Assembly: GCA_046052125.1 (NCBI GenBank)
Contig: JBJOMY010000002.1
Coordinates: 448,001 to 512,000 of the forward strand
Length of the DNA: 64,000 nt
Direction of reading: 5' to 3'
Origin: Cyanobacteriota bacterium
GTDB lineage: Bacteria > Cyanobacteriota > Cyanobacteriia > PCC-6307 > Cyanobiaceae
This document shows positions 19,036 through 29,600 of the stretch, piece by piece (the first letter of the stretch is position 1; each line of letters starts with the position of its first letter). Under the pieces are notes generated by a model, which saw only the letters and a list, made by a program, of their open reading frames with translations, did not search any database and was not told the DNA's origin. Both the position numbers and the translations under genes were made by a program.

Positions 19036-20504
19036 CAAATGCCCTCCGCCAGTTGGCGCGCCCAAGCCAACACCTCAGCCACGCGGGAGTCGCTGGGGGC
19101 CTCGCAATAGAGCCGCAGCAGCGGTTCGGTGCCGGAGAAGCGCAGCATCAGCCAGTGGCTGGGGCCGAGGCGCAGCTTCACGCCATCGGTGGTGATCACC
19201 TCCTGCACCGGTGCCCCGGCCACCTCCTGAGGCGGGGTGGCCGCCAGGAACTGCTCCAGCCGCTGGCGGGTGGCCATGTCGCGCAGGCGCAGATCGAGGC
19301 GGTCGTAGGCGGCGGCTCCGCCGCAGCGCTCCTGCAGTTCGCTCACGCGTTCGCCCAGGGGCTTGCCGCCCTCCACCAACGCCTCAATCAGCAGCAGCGC
19401 CGCATAGAGCGCATCGCGTTCAGGCAGGTGGTTGCCGAACCCCACGCCGCCTGATTCCTCGCCGCCCACCAGCACGTCGCTCGCGAGCATCTCAGCGGCG
19501 ATGTATTTGAAGCCCACGGCTTTCTCCAGCACCGGGCGGCCCAGGTTTTCGGCCACCAGTTGCATCAGATCGGAGCCGCTCACGGTTTTCACCACCGAGC
19601 CGCCCATCCCTTTGGCGCGGGCCAGGTGGTCGATGAACAGGGGCATCAACAGCTGGGTGCTGCAGAAACGGCCGTGTTCATCCACCGCGGCGATGCGGTC
19701 GCCGTCGCCGTCGAACACGATGCCCACCGCTGGCCGGCCGGCCAGGGTGGAGGCGCGCACTTCGGCGATCAGCTCCTGGAGGTAGGGCGCCAGGGGCTCA
19801 GGCGGGTTGCCGCCGAACAGGGGATCGCGATTGGAGCGGATCTCGCGCAGGTGGTCGCTGGCGGCGGCCCCCTCCAGTAGGCGGCTCAAGCCACCGGCGG
19901 CGGAGCCATGCATCGGATCCACGATCACCTGGAGACCCAGCCGCTGCAGTCCTTCGCTCAGGGCAGCGGTGTTCACCTTGGCCTTCAGGCCTGCCAGGTA
20001 GGTGCCCATGGCATCGAAGCGCAGGGTTTCGCCAGGGATCGGCACCGTGATGCCGCCGGCCTCCAGCCTGGTCTCCACCCGCTTGGTGAAGTCGCCCTCC
20101 ACCGAGCCGCCGAAGGGGCCCTTGATCTTGAGCCCCAGCCATTCCGGTGGGTTATGGCTGGCGGTGATCACCAGCGCCCCCAGGGCCTGGCGTTCCACCA
20201 CCGCCCAGCTGGCGGCGGGGGTGGGGATCGGTGCTTCGGCGAGCACCGGCACCAGATCGGCGCCGCGCACGGCGCTGCAGATCGCTTCCGCCAGTTCCGG
20301 TGCCAGGAAGCGCCGGTCGTAGCCGATCACGATCTCGCGGCTGTTCAGCCCGGGCGGCGCCGAAAACTCCAGCTCCCGTGCCGCGGCGGCGGCCACCGGC
20401 AGCAGGCGCTCCACGGTGATATCCACCCCGAGGATGCCCCGCCAGCCATCGGTGCCGAAGGCGATCGGGCTGGCCTCCAGGGGCAGGGGCGCGGACGCAG
20501 CCAT
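19035..20504 (-). CDS. Phosphoglucomutase/phosphomannomutase family protein
   Basis: FGTDGWRG, ITASHNPPE, FDGDGDRI, GGEESGG, RFSGTEPLLRLYCE. Confidence 0.93.
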   Translation of the reverse strand: MAASAPLPLEASPIAFGTDGWRGILGVDITVERLLPVAAAAARELEFSAPPGLNSREIVIGYDRRFLAPELAEAICSAVRGADLVPVLAEAPIPTPAASWAVVERQALGALVITASHNPPEWLGLKIKGPFGGSVEGDFTKRVETRLEAGGITVPIPGETLRFDAMGTYLAGLKAKVNTAALSEGLQRLGLQVIVDPMHGSAAGGLSRLLEGAAASDHLREIRSNRDPLFGGNPPEPLAPYLQELIAEVRASTLAGRPAVGIVFDGDGDRIAAVDEHGRFCSTQLLMPLFIDHLARAKGMGGSVVKTVSGSDLMQLVAENLGRPVLEKAVGFKYIAAEMLASDVLVGGEESGGVGFGNHLPERDALYAALLLIEALVEGGKPLGERVSELQERCGGAAAYDRLDLRLRDMATRQRLEQFLAATPPQEVAGAPVQEVITTDGVKLRLGPSHWLMLRFSGTEPLLRLYCEAPSDSRVAEVLAWARQLAEGI

Positions 20505-20598
20505 CGGGGCAGAGGCACAGGGCGATACCGGTGGTGCTAGCAGCCGGCCTGCCCCCCTGCGTGAACGCAGGTGCCGGCAGGCCAGACGGCCACCTAGC

Positions 20599-22086
20599 GT
20601 GATCGCTGTGCCGAGCCAGATTCCGCTCAACGACCGGCTGTTGCGCAGCTGGCTGCGCTGCAAGCGCCGCGCCTGGTTGGATCGATTTGGCAACGCCGAT
20701 CAGCGCCTGTGGACGGCGCATCGCGAGTTGCAGCTTGATGAGCAGCGCCGCAGCTTCTCCACCCTGTTTCCCAAGAAACCGGAGCATGGCGAGGCGGCCG
20801 CCGCTGCCGGTGCACCTGCGGTGGTGGGTTTGCGGCTGCGGGGGCAGTTGGCCGGGTTGGCGCTCGAGGCGCACCCACCGCTGCTGCAGCGGGTCAAGGG
20901 CAGTAGTCGTTGGGGTGAGCACGCCTATCGGCCGGTGATCTTTCGCCAGGGGCGGCGCACCACCCGTGAGCACCGGGTGGTGCTCGCTCTCTGGGGCCGG
21001 TTGCTCGATGGGGAGCAGGATTTTGCGCTGGCCCAGGGGCTGGTGCTCTCCGGCGCCGGGCGCGGCCTCGAGACGGAAACCCTCAACCTCACGGGCAGCC
21101 TGCCGCGTCAGCTCGATGAGGCCTTGGAACGGTTGGCGGGGGATCTGGCCAGGTCCACGCCTCCCCCCCTGGTGGCGGATCGCAAGAAGTGCGTGCTCTG
21201 CAGCTGGCGCGCCGCTTGTGATCAGGTGGCGACGGCCGAGGGGCACCTGAGCGAAGTGAGCGGCATCGGTGCGAAACGGCGCGACATGTTGCTGGAGCTC
21301 GGCATTGATCGCCTCGAGCATCTGGCCGCCGCCGAACCTGAGCAGCTGGCTGAGGCGTTGCTCGTGCATGGTGAGCAGCACGCCGAGGTGGCGGATCAGC
21401 TGGTCACCCAGGCGCGGGTGCAGCGCGATGGGCAGCCTCTGCGCCGTGACCCGGATGCTGCACTGCCTGAGCTGAATACAGCGCCGGGCGTGCTGATCTA
21501 CGACATCGAATCCGATCCCGACGCCCGCGACGACTTCCTGCATGGCTTCGTGCGATTGCCCCGGAGTGAGGACGGCCGTTGGCCCACGCCTGCAGCGGCG
21601 GCCGAAGCCCCGTATCACCCGTTGCTAGCGCTGCAGGAGCACGGAGAAGCCCGGCTCTGGGAGCGACTGCAGCGGTTGTTGGCCGCCTATCCCGATTGGC
21701 CGGTGCTGCATTACGGCGAAACGGAGCTGCTGGCCCTGGTGCGCTTGGCCCAGCGGCAGGGGGCGAAGGAACGCCAGATCACCCATCTCCGGAGCCGCAT
21801 GATCGATGTGCACCTACGGCTGCGGCGCCATTGGTGGATGCCCACCAACAGTTATGGCCTCAAGGCCACGGCCAGCTGGTTGGGGTTCCGTTGGCGGCAG
21901 CAGGGTGTGGATGGGGCCCGTGCGCTGCTGTGGTGGCGCCGTTGGCGCTTGGGCGGTCAGGGGCCTGACGACCGAGGTTCACGCCAGAACCTGCGCCGGA
22001 TCTTTCGCTACAACCACGACGACGCCCTGGCCACCTGGGCCGTGGCCCACTGGTTGCTGGAGCAGGACTCCTCCGCTCAGCCGTGA
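20599..22086 (+). CDS. TM0106-family RecB-like nuclease (Fe-S Cys, HhH and RNase H-like domains)
   Basis: LRCKRRAWL, CVLCSWRAAC, VSGIGAKR, YDIESD, SYGLK, YNHDD. Confidence 0.85.
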   Translation: MIAVPSQIPLNDRLLRSWLRCKRRAWLDRFGNADQRLWTAHRELQLDEQRRSFSTLFPKKPEHGEAAAAAGAPAVVGLRLRGQLAGLALEAHPPLLQRVKGSSRWGEHAYRPVIFRQGRRTTREHRVVLALWGRLLDGEQDFALAQGLVLSGAGRGLETETLNLTGSLPRQLDEALERLAGDLARSTPPPLVADRKKCVLCSWRAACDQVATAEGHLSEVSGIGAKRRDMLLELGIDRLEHLAAAEPEQLAEALLVHGEQHAEVADQLVTQARVQRDGQPLRRDPDAALPELNTAPGVLIYDIESDPDARDDFLHGFVRLPRSEDGRWPTPAAAAEAPYHPLLALQEHGEARLWERLQRLLAAYPDWPVLHYGETELLALVRLAQRQGAKERQITHLRSRMIDVHLRLRRHWWMPTNSYGLKATASWLGFRWRQQGVDGARALLWWRRWRLGGQGPDDRGSRQNLRRIFRYNHDDALATWAVAHWLLEQDSSAQP

Positions 22087-22089
22087 GCC

Positions 22090-23022
22090 TCAGCCCCGGC
22101 CGCCGGCTCCCACCGGTGGGGCCACAAACCCTGCCGGGGTGTTGATCTGTAGGCGGTGAGGCTCGGTGCTGCTGTCGCCGCCGCCAGCGAAGAGTTCTGC
22201 GTGGTCGAGGGCCTGGCGGCGGACCAGGGCTAACCCCTCGATGCCATCAGGACCTGGCAGCGCGGAGGTGATCACCCCCGCCCGTTCGCCGCTTGCGGTG
22301 AAGACGCCGGTGCCTGGTGCGCAGGCATCGGTTGCTTCGGGGCCCAAGTGCTCGGTGTGCCATTGGCGCAGCTGCTGTTTCACGCCGTCGTAGGTGGCCA
22401 GCTTGGCCAGGGTTTCCTGGCCCACGTAGCAACCCTTGTTGAGGCTCACCCAGGGGGCTAAGCCGAGCTCAAAGGGATTGGTGCTGTCGTTGAGCTCCCC
22501 GGGTTCAGCCGGGAATCCCTGGCGGATCCGCTGTCGTTCGGCTGCCTCGGAATCCAGCTCCGGCAGGGCTTCCAGCCAGCTTGGCAGGGCTGCACCGCTG
22601 ATCTGGAGCCAGGCCGGTTGCTCGGCTCCGGCGCCCAGATCCACTCCGGGAGCCAACAGGTTTGGCTCGCTGTTGCTCGGTGCCTCCGGGGTTCCGATCC
22701 AGCGCACCAGTGTTGCGCTTTGCACCGGGCCCAGCTTCACCCGATCGGCAGGAAAGAGCACGCGATCCAGGGACTGATGGACGGCTTGGCCGTCGCCTTC
22801 CAGCACCAGAAGGTCAGCCCCGCTTTCATCGAGGCGCACCAGGGCCAGGGCGCGCATCCGGCCCGTGGGGCTGATCAGACAGGTGGGCAGGCAGGCGCCG
22901 CTCGAAGCGAGCTCGATTGCTTGGCTGCTCTGGCCGTGCAGGAAGCGTCGGGTGTCGCTGCCGTCCAGCCGGATCAGGCTGATCGGAGTGCTCCAGCGGG
23001 CTGGAGTGTGAGCGGCGCTCAT
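22090..23022 (-). CDS. YgfZ/GcvT-like folate-binding protein
   Basis: [29 protein letters not shown]. Confidence 0.9.
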   Translation of the reverse strand: MSAAHTPARWSTPISLIRLDGSDTRRFLHGQSSQAIELASSGACLPTCLISPTGRMRALALVRLDESGADLLVLEGDGQAVHQSLDRVLFPADRVKLGPVQSATLVRWIGTPEAPSNSEPNLLAPGVDLGAGAEQPAWLQISGAALPSWLEALPELDSEAAERQRIRQGFPAEPGELNDSTNPFELGLAPWVSLNKGCYVGQETLAKLATYDGVKQQLRQWHTEHLGPEATDACAPGTGVFTASGERAGVITSALPGPDGIEGLALVRRQALDHAELFAGGGDSSTEPHRLQINTPAGFVAPPVGAGGRG

Positions 23023-23612
23023 GAGCGGGCGGCGGCTGCAACGGCGGCAATCTCTTCCAGCAGGAACAGGCTGTGCAGCTCAAGGCCAGCGGCGGTCATC
23101 GCGTCCAGCCCGCCTTCCTGCCGGTCCACGATCGTTACCACCCGATCCACCACATAGCCAGCTTCGCGCAGCTGCTTCACCGCCTTCAGCGAGGAGCCGC
23201 CGGTGGTCACCACGTCCTCCAGCACGGTGATGCGGCTGCCGGCCTCAGGCAGGGGCCCCTCCAGCCAGGCACCGGTGCCGTGGCCCTTGGCTTCCTTGCG
23301 CACGATCAGGGCATCGAGGGCGCGACCGCTCAGGGCTGCGGCCACGGCCACGCCGCTCACCAGCGGATCGGCGCCGAGGGTGAGGCCAGCCACCGCCACA
23401 GCCTCCGCTTCCACCAGCTCCAGCATCTGGGCGGAGAGCAGCGCCAGTCCCTGGCCGCTCAGGCTCACCGGCTTGCAGTTCACGTAGTGGTGGCTGGTGC
23501 GCCCGGAGGCCAGGGTGAAGTTGCCGTGCCGGTAGGCCCGCTCCGCCAGCAAACGCAGCAGCAATTGGCGTTGATCAGCGCTGGCCTGGGGGAGGGTGGG
23601 CAGCTGGGTCAT
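23019..23612 (-). CDS. pyrE: Orotate phosphoribosyltransferase
   Basis: [40 protein letters not shown]. Confidence 0.96.
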   Translation of the reverse strand: MTQLPTLPQASADQRQLLLRLLAERAYRHGNFTLASGRTSHHYVNCKPVSLSGQGLALLSAQMLELVEAEAVAVAGLTLGADPLVSGVAVAAALSGRALDALIVRKEAKGHGTGAWLEGPLPEAGSRITVLEDVVTTGGSSLKAVKQLREAGYVVDRVVTIVDRQEGGLDAMTAAGLELHSLFLLEEIAAVAAAARS

Positions 23613-23705
23613 GCCTCTGGCAACACGCGTTCTGGCTGTCTAGTTTGCGCCCAGCGTGATCGGTGGGATTCGATGGGCAGGTATGGGCTGCGGCGATCGC
23701 CGGCC

Positions 23706-24218
23706 ATGGCCTTGGTGCCTGCCCTGTTGGTTGCTGTGGCTTCGCTGCCCGCCACGGCTGGGCCGGTGGTCTGCACCACCACGCTCGAGGCCCCCTTGGC
23801 GGGCTCGGGTTCGGCGGGTGTGAATGCCTCCGGCCCTGTGGAGGTGACCCGTTGCGGTGAGGTGGTCACCACCCCGCAGCTCGTGGAGCGCCGCTTCTAC
23901 AGCTACACCTCCCCCTATGCCCGCGGCATCGACATCACCCACCAGATCACCGACATCCTCGGGATTGCCATGGGCGGCGGTGATGGCACCAAGGTGATGG
24001 GCTTCGGCTTCCCAGATCAAACGATCGTGTGGGACGGCTCAGCGTTGGAGAACACCTATCAGGTGTTGCTCGAGCAACAGAGCAACCCGATGCCCTGGCG
24101 CACCGCTGATGTGAACAACGGCTTCTGCCAGGGCCTGCCCCAGGGCAGCTGCAACGCCCAGAGCGCTCCCCCGAGCTGGCCTCAGCCGGGATCCCGTGTG
24201 ATCCGAGGCCTGTGGTAG
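23706..24218 (+). CDS. Hypothetical secreted protein
   Basis: Signal-peptide-like N-terminus, coding-like codon usage, fills gap before tRNA. Confidence 0.7.
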   Translation: MALVPALLVAVASLPATAGPVVCTTTLEAPLAGSGSAGVNASGPVEVTRCGEVVTTPQLVERRFYSYTSPYARGIDITHQITDILGIAMGGGDGTKVMGFGFPDQTIVWDGSALENTYQVLLEQQSNPMPWRTADVNNGFCQGLPQGSCNAQSAPPSWPQPGSRVIRGLW

Positions 24219-24262
24219 CTGGCTTGTTTGTGGTTAGATCACGCCACGGCTTGACCGCTCAC

Positions 24263-24335
24263 GGGGGTCTAGCAATCTGGTGAATGCAGCGGACTCATAA
24301 TCCGCCTTAGGCGAGTTCGATCCTCGCGACCCCCA
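24263..24335 (+). tRNA. tRNA with CAT anticodon (Ile2 or elongator Met; not initiator)
   Basis: Acceptor GGGGGTC/GACCCCC-A, anticodon arm GCGGA-CTCATAA-TCCGC, T arm GCGAG-TTCGATC-CTCGC. Confidence 0.93.
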
Positions 24336-24345
24336 TCTGAACCCG

Positions 24346-25638
24346 ATGCGATTCCTGGCGCCGGCGGCCCTCTTGTTCCTGCTGGCCTTCTTCGCTGCCT
24401 CGGAATTCGCCCTGATCCGGCTGCGTCCCACGCGGGTGCAGCTGCTTGAAGCCGATGGCCAGCGCGGTGCCGTTGCGGTGGGGCGGCTGCAGCGGCGGTT
24501 GCGGCGTGCGCTGGTGGCGACCCAGCTGGGCATGACCCTCTCCCTGCTTGCGCTGGGCTGGACCGGGCGTGGCCTGGCGGAGCGCTGGGGGCGTGGCTCC
24601 GCCGGTGCCTGGTTGGGGCAGGCCTGGCTCGATGTGCTCGTGTTTGTGGGTCTGGTGGTGCTGGCCACGCTGCTCGGCGGCCTGGTGCCCAAGGCCTGGG
24701 TGTTGCACCGGCCGGAGGCGTCGGCGCTCCGCCTGGCCCCCGTGCTCGAGGCAGTGATGCGCACCCTTGGGCCGCTTTTGGCGCTGTTGGAGCGGCTGGG
24801 TAACGGCCTGCTGCGCCTGCTCGGGTTGCCGCGCAACTGGGATGAGCTGGTACCCGCCCTCTCGGCCGGGGAGCTGGAAACGCTGATCGAATCCAATAGC
24901 GTGATCGGCCTGATGCCCGATGAGCGCGACATGCTCGAGGGCTTGTTTTCGCTGCGGGACACCCAGGTGCGCGAGGTGATGGTGCCCCGCTCCGGGATGG
25001 TCACCCTGCCCCTGGAGGTGCGCTTCGCTGAGCTGATGGAGGCGGTGCACAGCACCCACCACGCCCGCTTCCCCGTGATCGGCAGTTCCCTCGACGATGT
25101 GCGCGGCCTGCTCGACCTGCGCCGCTTGGCTGAGCCGATCGCCAAGGGTTTGCTGCGCAGCGACTCACCCCTGGCGCCTTACGTCACCCCGGTGACCAAG
25201 GTGCAGGAAACCACTCCCCTGGCGGAGCTGCTGCCAGTGATTCGCAGCGGCGAGCCCCTGCTGGTGGTGGTGGATGAACACGGCGGCACGGAGGGATTGG
25301 TGACCATCTCCGATCTCACCAGCGAGATTGTGGGCGATGAGGAGGACCCCGAAAACCCCGAAGACGATCTCCAGCAGCTGCAGGAGCACAGCTGGCTGGT
25401 GGCCGGTGATCTGGAGATCTACGAGCTCAACCGCGAGCTCGGGCTGCAGCTGCCTGAATCGGATGAGCACCACACCCTCGCCGGTTTCCTGTTGGAGCGT
25501 CTGCAGCACATCCCTGCCCCGGGCGAGAGTTTGCGCTGGAAAGGCCATCAGTTTTTGATCATGGCCATGGATGGCCCGCGCATCGAGCGGGTGGAGATCA
25601 CTCGCCGGGCTGTGGAGCCGGAAACGGTTGAGGGCTGA
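24346..25638 (+). CDS. Hemolysin/CNNM (DUF21-CBS-CorC) family protein
   Basis: AFFAASEFAL, VREVMVPR, HARFPV, VVDEHGGTEGLVT, TLAGFLLERL. Confidence 0.92.
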   Translation: MRFLAPAALLFLLAFFAASEFALIRLRPTRVQLLEADGQRGAVAVGRLQRRLRRALVATQLGMTLSLLALGWTGRGLAERWGRGSAGAWLGQAWLDVLVFVGLVVLATLLGGLVPKAWVLHRPEASALRLAPVLEAVMRTLGPLLALLERLGNGLLRLLGLPRNWDELVPALSAGELETLIESNSVIGLMPDERDMLEGLFSLRDTQVREVMVPRSGMVTLPLEVRFAELMEAVHSTHHARFPVIGSSLDDVRGLLDLRRLAEPIAKGLLRSDSPLAPYVTPVTKVQETTPLAELLPVIRSGEPLLVVVDEHGGTEGLVTISDLTSEIVGDEEDPENPEDDLQQLQEHSWLVAGDLEIYELNRELGLQLPESDEHHTLAGFLLERLQHIPAPGESLRWKGHQFLIMAMDGPRIERVEITRRAVEPETVEG

Positions 25639-25694
25639 AGTCCTTGGCGGCGGCCTCTGATCGTTGATAATTGCCGCGTCTGATCGCCAGCGCC

Positions 25695-26687
25695 ATGCAG
25701 CCGGTTCGCGTTGGAGTGATCGGAATCGGAAACATGGGCTGGCACCACGCCCGGGTGCTCAGCCTGCTGCGCGATGCCGAGCTGGTGGGGGTGGCGGATC
25801 CCGATCCGGCCCGCGGTCAGCTGGCGGTGGAGCAGTTTGGCTGCCGCTGGTTTGCCAGCTACGAGGAAATGCTCGGTGAGGTGGAGGCGGTGTGTATCGC
25901 CGTGCCCACCCTGTTGCACCACCGGGTGGGCATGGCCTGCTTCAAGGCCGGCGTGCACGTGCTGATCGAGAAGCCGATTGCCGCCACGCAGGACGAAGCC
26001 ACCGAGCTCAGCCAGGCGGCTGAGCAGGCGGGCCGACTGCTGCAGGTGGGCCATATCGAGCGCTTCAACCCCGCCTTCCGCGAGCTGCTCAAGGTGGTGG
26101 CCAACGAGGAGGTGGTGGTGCTCGAAGCCCGTCGCCACAGCCCCAATGCCGATCGCGCCAACGATGTGTCGGTGGTGCTGGATCTAATGATCCACGACAT
26201 CGACCTGGTGCTCGAAGTGGCTGGCGCCAAGGTGGTGCGCCTGGCGGCCGCCGGTGGCCGCAGCGCCGAGGGCCCGATTGATTACGTGAACGCCACCCTT
26301 GGCTTTGCCAACGGAGTGGTGGCCAGCCTCACGGCCAGCAAGATGGCCCACCGCAAGATCCGCAGCCTTTCGGCCCATTGCCGCAGCGCGCTGGTGGAAA
26401 CCGATTTCCTCAACCGCAGCCTGCAGATCCACCGCCGCACCCAGCTCTCCTTCTCGGCGGATCACGGCGAGCTCCTCTACCGCAACGACGGCTTCATCGA
26501 AGAGGTGAGCACCTCGCCGGTGGATCCGCTGGTGGCCGAGCTGGAGCACTTCCTCCAATGCGTGCGCGGTCTGGAGCAGCCAGCCGTGGATGGCCCTCAG
26601 GCCTCCCGCGCCCTGTTGCTGGCCGATCTGATCGAGCAGTGCGTGGAGCAGCCCACGCTCTGCATGACGCTCGCTGAGCCGATCTAG
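25695..26687 (+). CDS. Gfo/Idh/MocA family oxidoreductase
   Basis: VGVIGIGNMG, HVLIEKP, VGHIERFNPA, DLMIHDID. Confidence 0.92.
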   Translation: MQPVRVGVIGIGNMGWHHARVLSLLRDAELVGVADPDPARGQLAVEQFGCRWFASYEEMLGEVEAVCIAVPTLLHHRVGMACFKAGVHVLIEKPIAATQDEATELSQAAEQAGRLLQVGHIERFNPAFRELLKVVANEEVVVLEARRHSPNADRANDVSVVLDLMIHDIDLVLEVAGAKVVRLAAAGGRSAEGPIDYVNATLGFANGVVASLTASKMAHRKIRSLSAHCRSALVETDFLNRSLQIHRRTQLSFSADHGELLYRNDGFIEEVSTSPVDPLVAELEHFLQCVRGLEQPAVDGPQASRALLLADLIEQCVEQPTLCMTLAEPI

Positions 26688-26695
26688 GAGCCGAC

Positions 26696-29600
26696 TTAGG
26701 CCGGCTGCAGTTCCGCCAGCTCTTTCAAGGCCAGGAGCTGCCAGCGGCGGCACTGGGCTGGAGAGGAGCGGTAGAAGCCATCCCAGGCCTCGGCCTTGTG
26801 GGTGGGGTACTCCTCGGTCGGCTGTTCCGGGTGCTGCTGCTGCCAGCCCACCCGCACGGCGTGCCCGATCACCACATCGAGGGCCAGGTCGTCGTCGAAG
26901 CGCACCTGGGGGTTCGCGTCCACGAAGGCGATCAGGGTGATCAGCGTCTCCACGCAGAGGCGCCGGTATTCAGCCGCTTCGATCTTGCTGAGCAGGTGCT
27001 CCACGTGGGTGGCGAAGTTGCGTTCGCCCGGGGTCTTCTCCTTGAGCAGGGCGCTCTCCAGCCGGTTGCGGCGCTCGAGCTTGTCGCCGATCACCAGGCC
27101 GCGGCAGTGGTGCAGCAGTTCCCAGATGCCCGGGTGGAAGTTGCGCGGCACGATCTGCAGCGCTCCCATGCGCTCGCGGTGCTTCAGCCAGCAACCGCTC
27201 TTGGGCAGCTCCTCCAAGGGATCGGGGGCTTCCCAGCGCACCCTCCCGCTCACATGCAGTTGCTCCTTGCGCTGCAGCGCCGCTTTGGCGTGCTCCACAT
27301 CGCGCAGCACCTGCTGCAGGCGCCGGCGAATGGCATGGGGCGGCTCATCGCAGAGGGCCTCGAAGGCTTCGATTGGGGTGAGGTCGCGCTCACCGGCCAG
27401 TTCGCTGGTGAGCAGCAGCAGCAGTTGCCCCAGTTGCAGCGTGAGGCTGCCGCTGAGCAGGGCAGGTTCCTGCCGAGCGACGCCATCGAGGGCCAGGAGC
27501 AGCTCCTGCTGCAACATCCATTCGCGGCCGTCCTCGCCGCTGAAGCGCTGGATCATCGCCGCGATCGCCAGGCTGCCGGTGGGTTGGCTGAGCAGCGATT
27601 CGTTGGTGTAGTTGCGCCCCACCACCACCTGTTTCTGCCGCACCAGCAGATCGGTGAGGGCGTCCTCCAGCTGCGGGTGAACGAGGCCCAGGGAACCGGC
27701 GCAGCGGCGCACCACGTTCCAGTTGGCATCGGCCAGGGCCCGCCGGTAGATCTCCTCCAACAGCGCCCGGGGGGTGGCGCAGCCGCCGGGGCCGCTCAGT
27801 TCAGCCTCCAGGCCCAGGCGATGCACCAGCTGCTCCAGCAGTTCAGCCTGCTCCGGCAGCGATTGGCTCTGCCAGAGGCGTTCGGTGAGGGCGTCAAGAC
27901 CCGACTCCTCCAGCTCCTGCTCCTCCTCGGCCGTGAGCGGTTGTTGTTCCGTGCTGGCGCGCAGCAGGGTGGGGGCCGGTTGGTTGCGGGGCTGGCCCTG
28001 GGGTTGGGCGTGCACGGGCAGCTCGGCCCAGCTGGCCTGCTCCATTAGCTCCTGCAGCGGTGCCAATTGCACGGCCACGCCATTCACCAGGCCGCTGCGC
28101 AGCCGCTCTCCGAGCCGCAGGAACGACTCGGCACTGCGTTGGAAAGGGCCCTCCTCCACAGGGATCAGCAGCACCGGGGCACCGGCGCCTCGCCAGTGCC
28201 GCTGCAATTGGCTGATCTCGCTCTCCACCGCATCCACCAGCAGCTCGGGATCGTCGGAGAGGTAGTAGGTGCTCTCCTCAAGCACGGCTGGTAGGAAGGC
28301 GAGCGGCTGGCCGCCCTGGCGGTAAAGCCGGGCCGTCACCATCGTTTCCATCCGCAGCGGCGGGTGGCCGCTGAGCCCCAGACGTGGGTTGGCGCCCACG
28401 GCCGCCATGCGCTCGCCCAGCTCCGCGGAGCTGGCGATGGCTACCTGGCCCGGACGGGTCACCGCCAGACCGGCCTGCTCCAGCGCTGTGGCGATGTGCT
28501 CCCGCGCCGGCACGAAGCTCACCAGCACCTGATCGGCGCCGAGCGGGCAGCTCAGGCGGCGGCCGCTCGGGTCGAGGTCGTCGGGTTTGAGCAGGCCCAG
28601 CAGCAGCAGATCCCCCAGCCAGGTGAGGCTCTGGGTCCAGAGCAGCGGCACGTTCTCGTTGGGGAGGCGCGGCTGGCTCCCGGGATTGAGGCGCTCGGCG
28701 TCCACGGCTTCTTTGGGCACCACGTAGAGCTCCGGCAGGAGCGCTACGCCATCCACATCCACCGCCACGCGATTGAGCCGCTCGCGCCATTGCCAGGCCT
28801 CGCTCCAGCGCTCTTCGCAGCAGGCGGTGATCAGCTCATAGGCCAGAAACAGCGGCCATTCGCATTCGATGTGCTCGAACTGGGCCAGCTCCTCGCGCTC
28901 GTAGTGCAGGCGGGTGTGGTCTTCCACCACCGTCTGATGGCCGTCGCGGCGGAAGCGCTTGTAGCCGTAGGGCCCGCCCAGCTCGGTGCGGATCTTGCGC
29001 CGCGTGCGCTCCACCAGGGCCGGATCCTCCACGGCCCAGGCCGGGTAGCCGATCACCGAGAGGCAGGCCGCATCCACTTCCTTGCTGGCGGATTCGCGCG
29101 GCAGCAGGCCGGTGAGGGCGCGGCGCAGGCGCACGATCGCGTCGTGGGGGATGTGCAGGCTGCAGTGGCCGTTGCCATGGGGGCCGTAGAGATCGAGGCC
29201 TTCCAGGGCTTCTAGGGCCGCCTTCACCAGGCCGATCGAGCTGGCGTTGCGCTCCGGCAGACCGTGGTTGCCCTTATCGCCCCGCTCCCAGATGCCGTAG
29301 TCGCGCACCCGGTAGGCCCGGGCCACGTAATACACCAGGTTTTGAATGAAATCGCGCTCGTGGCTGGTTTGCACCACCACCAACCCTGAGCGGGTGAGCT
29401 GAGCCAGCTGCAGCAGAAACAGGGCTGTGGCGTCGAGCTGTAGGTGGCCCCAGCCGTCGTCGGGCACCACCGGTTCGCCGCTGCCGGTGTCGTATTTGGC
29501 GTGCAGCGCATCGAGCGGCTCGAGGCTGTGCTTGAAGCGCTCCACCTTGGGGGCCTGGCGCAGCATGGCGTTGAGCAGGCCGCGCATCAGCTGCAGCACC

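Noticed and set aside
20599..22086. Cas4-like gene indicating CRISPR-Cas
   Set aside because: TM0106 architecture in a core context; no cas genes or array
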